NCBI GenBank assembly: GCA_013265495.1 | Contig: MU058241.1 | Coordinates: 372,001-436,000, forward strand | DNA from: Vicugna vicugna | Lineage: Eukaryota | Length of the DNA: 64,000 nt | Direction of reading: 5' to 3' | In this document: one piece after another, positions 63,881 through 64,000 of the stretch | How the letters are laid out: each line of letters begins with the position of its first letter | Numbering within the stretch: the first letter of the stretch is position 1 | Notes under the pieces: generated by a model | Told to the model about the DNA's origin: nothing | The model's input: only the letters and a program-made list of their open reading frames with translations | The model's database searches: none | Made by a program: the position numbers and the translations under genes

Positions 63881-64000
63881 GTTTTTTGGCTTCTGGACGT
63901 TTCTGGAGCAGATTTGTTGAGTCATGAATGGATTCAGGGTCCTTTTCAGGAATGGTCTTTTGGGTAAATTTCAGGGATGATTAGGTCCCTGTAGGGGCAC

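Noticed and set aside
2149..63925. Scattered AP-1 sites (TGAGTCA/TGACTCA)
   Set aside because: About a dozen seen against roughly eight expected by chance in 64 kb, and they are not clustered.
1..64000. Novel multi-gene or prokaryotic-type system
   Set aside because: There is no gene-dense region, operon structure or long ORF; the content is explained by mammalian repeats and non-coding DNA.

Overview
This is repeat-rich, non-coding mammalian DNA (intergenic or a large intron). It is most likely from a camelid, because it carries a tRNA-derived SINE matching vic-1 (19126-19316, minus strand). No protein-coding gene, RNA gene or prokaryotic-type system can be supported. The supplied ORFs are short, have no recognisable domains and often overlap repeats. 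Roughly half of the window is transposable-element fossils: young 5'-truncated L1 3' ends with target-site duplications (TSDs), ancient L1M/L2/MIR, MaLR/ERVL/ERV1 solo LTRs and MER DNA transposons. Family names come from recalled consensus sequences, not a database search. The best leads are (1) a 19-nt minus-strand microexon candidate at 54403-54421 with strong splice signals, (2) an apparent AT-to-GC substitution tract in old repeats at about 59.5-60.5 kb, suggestive of GC-biased gene conversion, (3) a near-consensus CTCF site at about 25.6 kb, and (4) several local duplications and TSD-flanked insertions usable as lineage markers. I did not find a convincing novel biological system.
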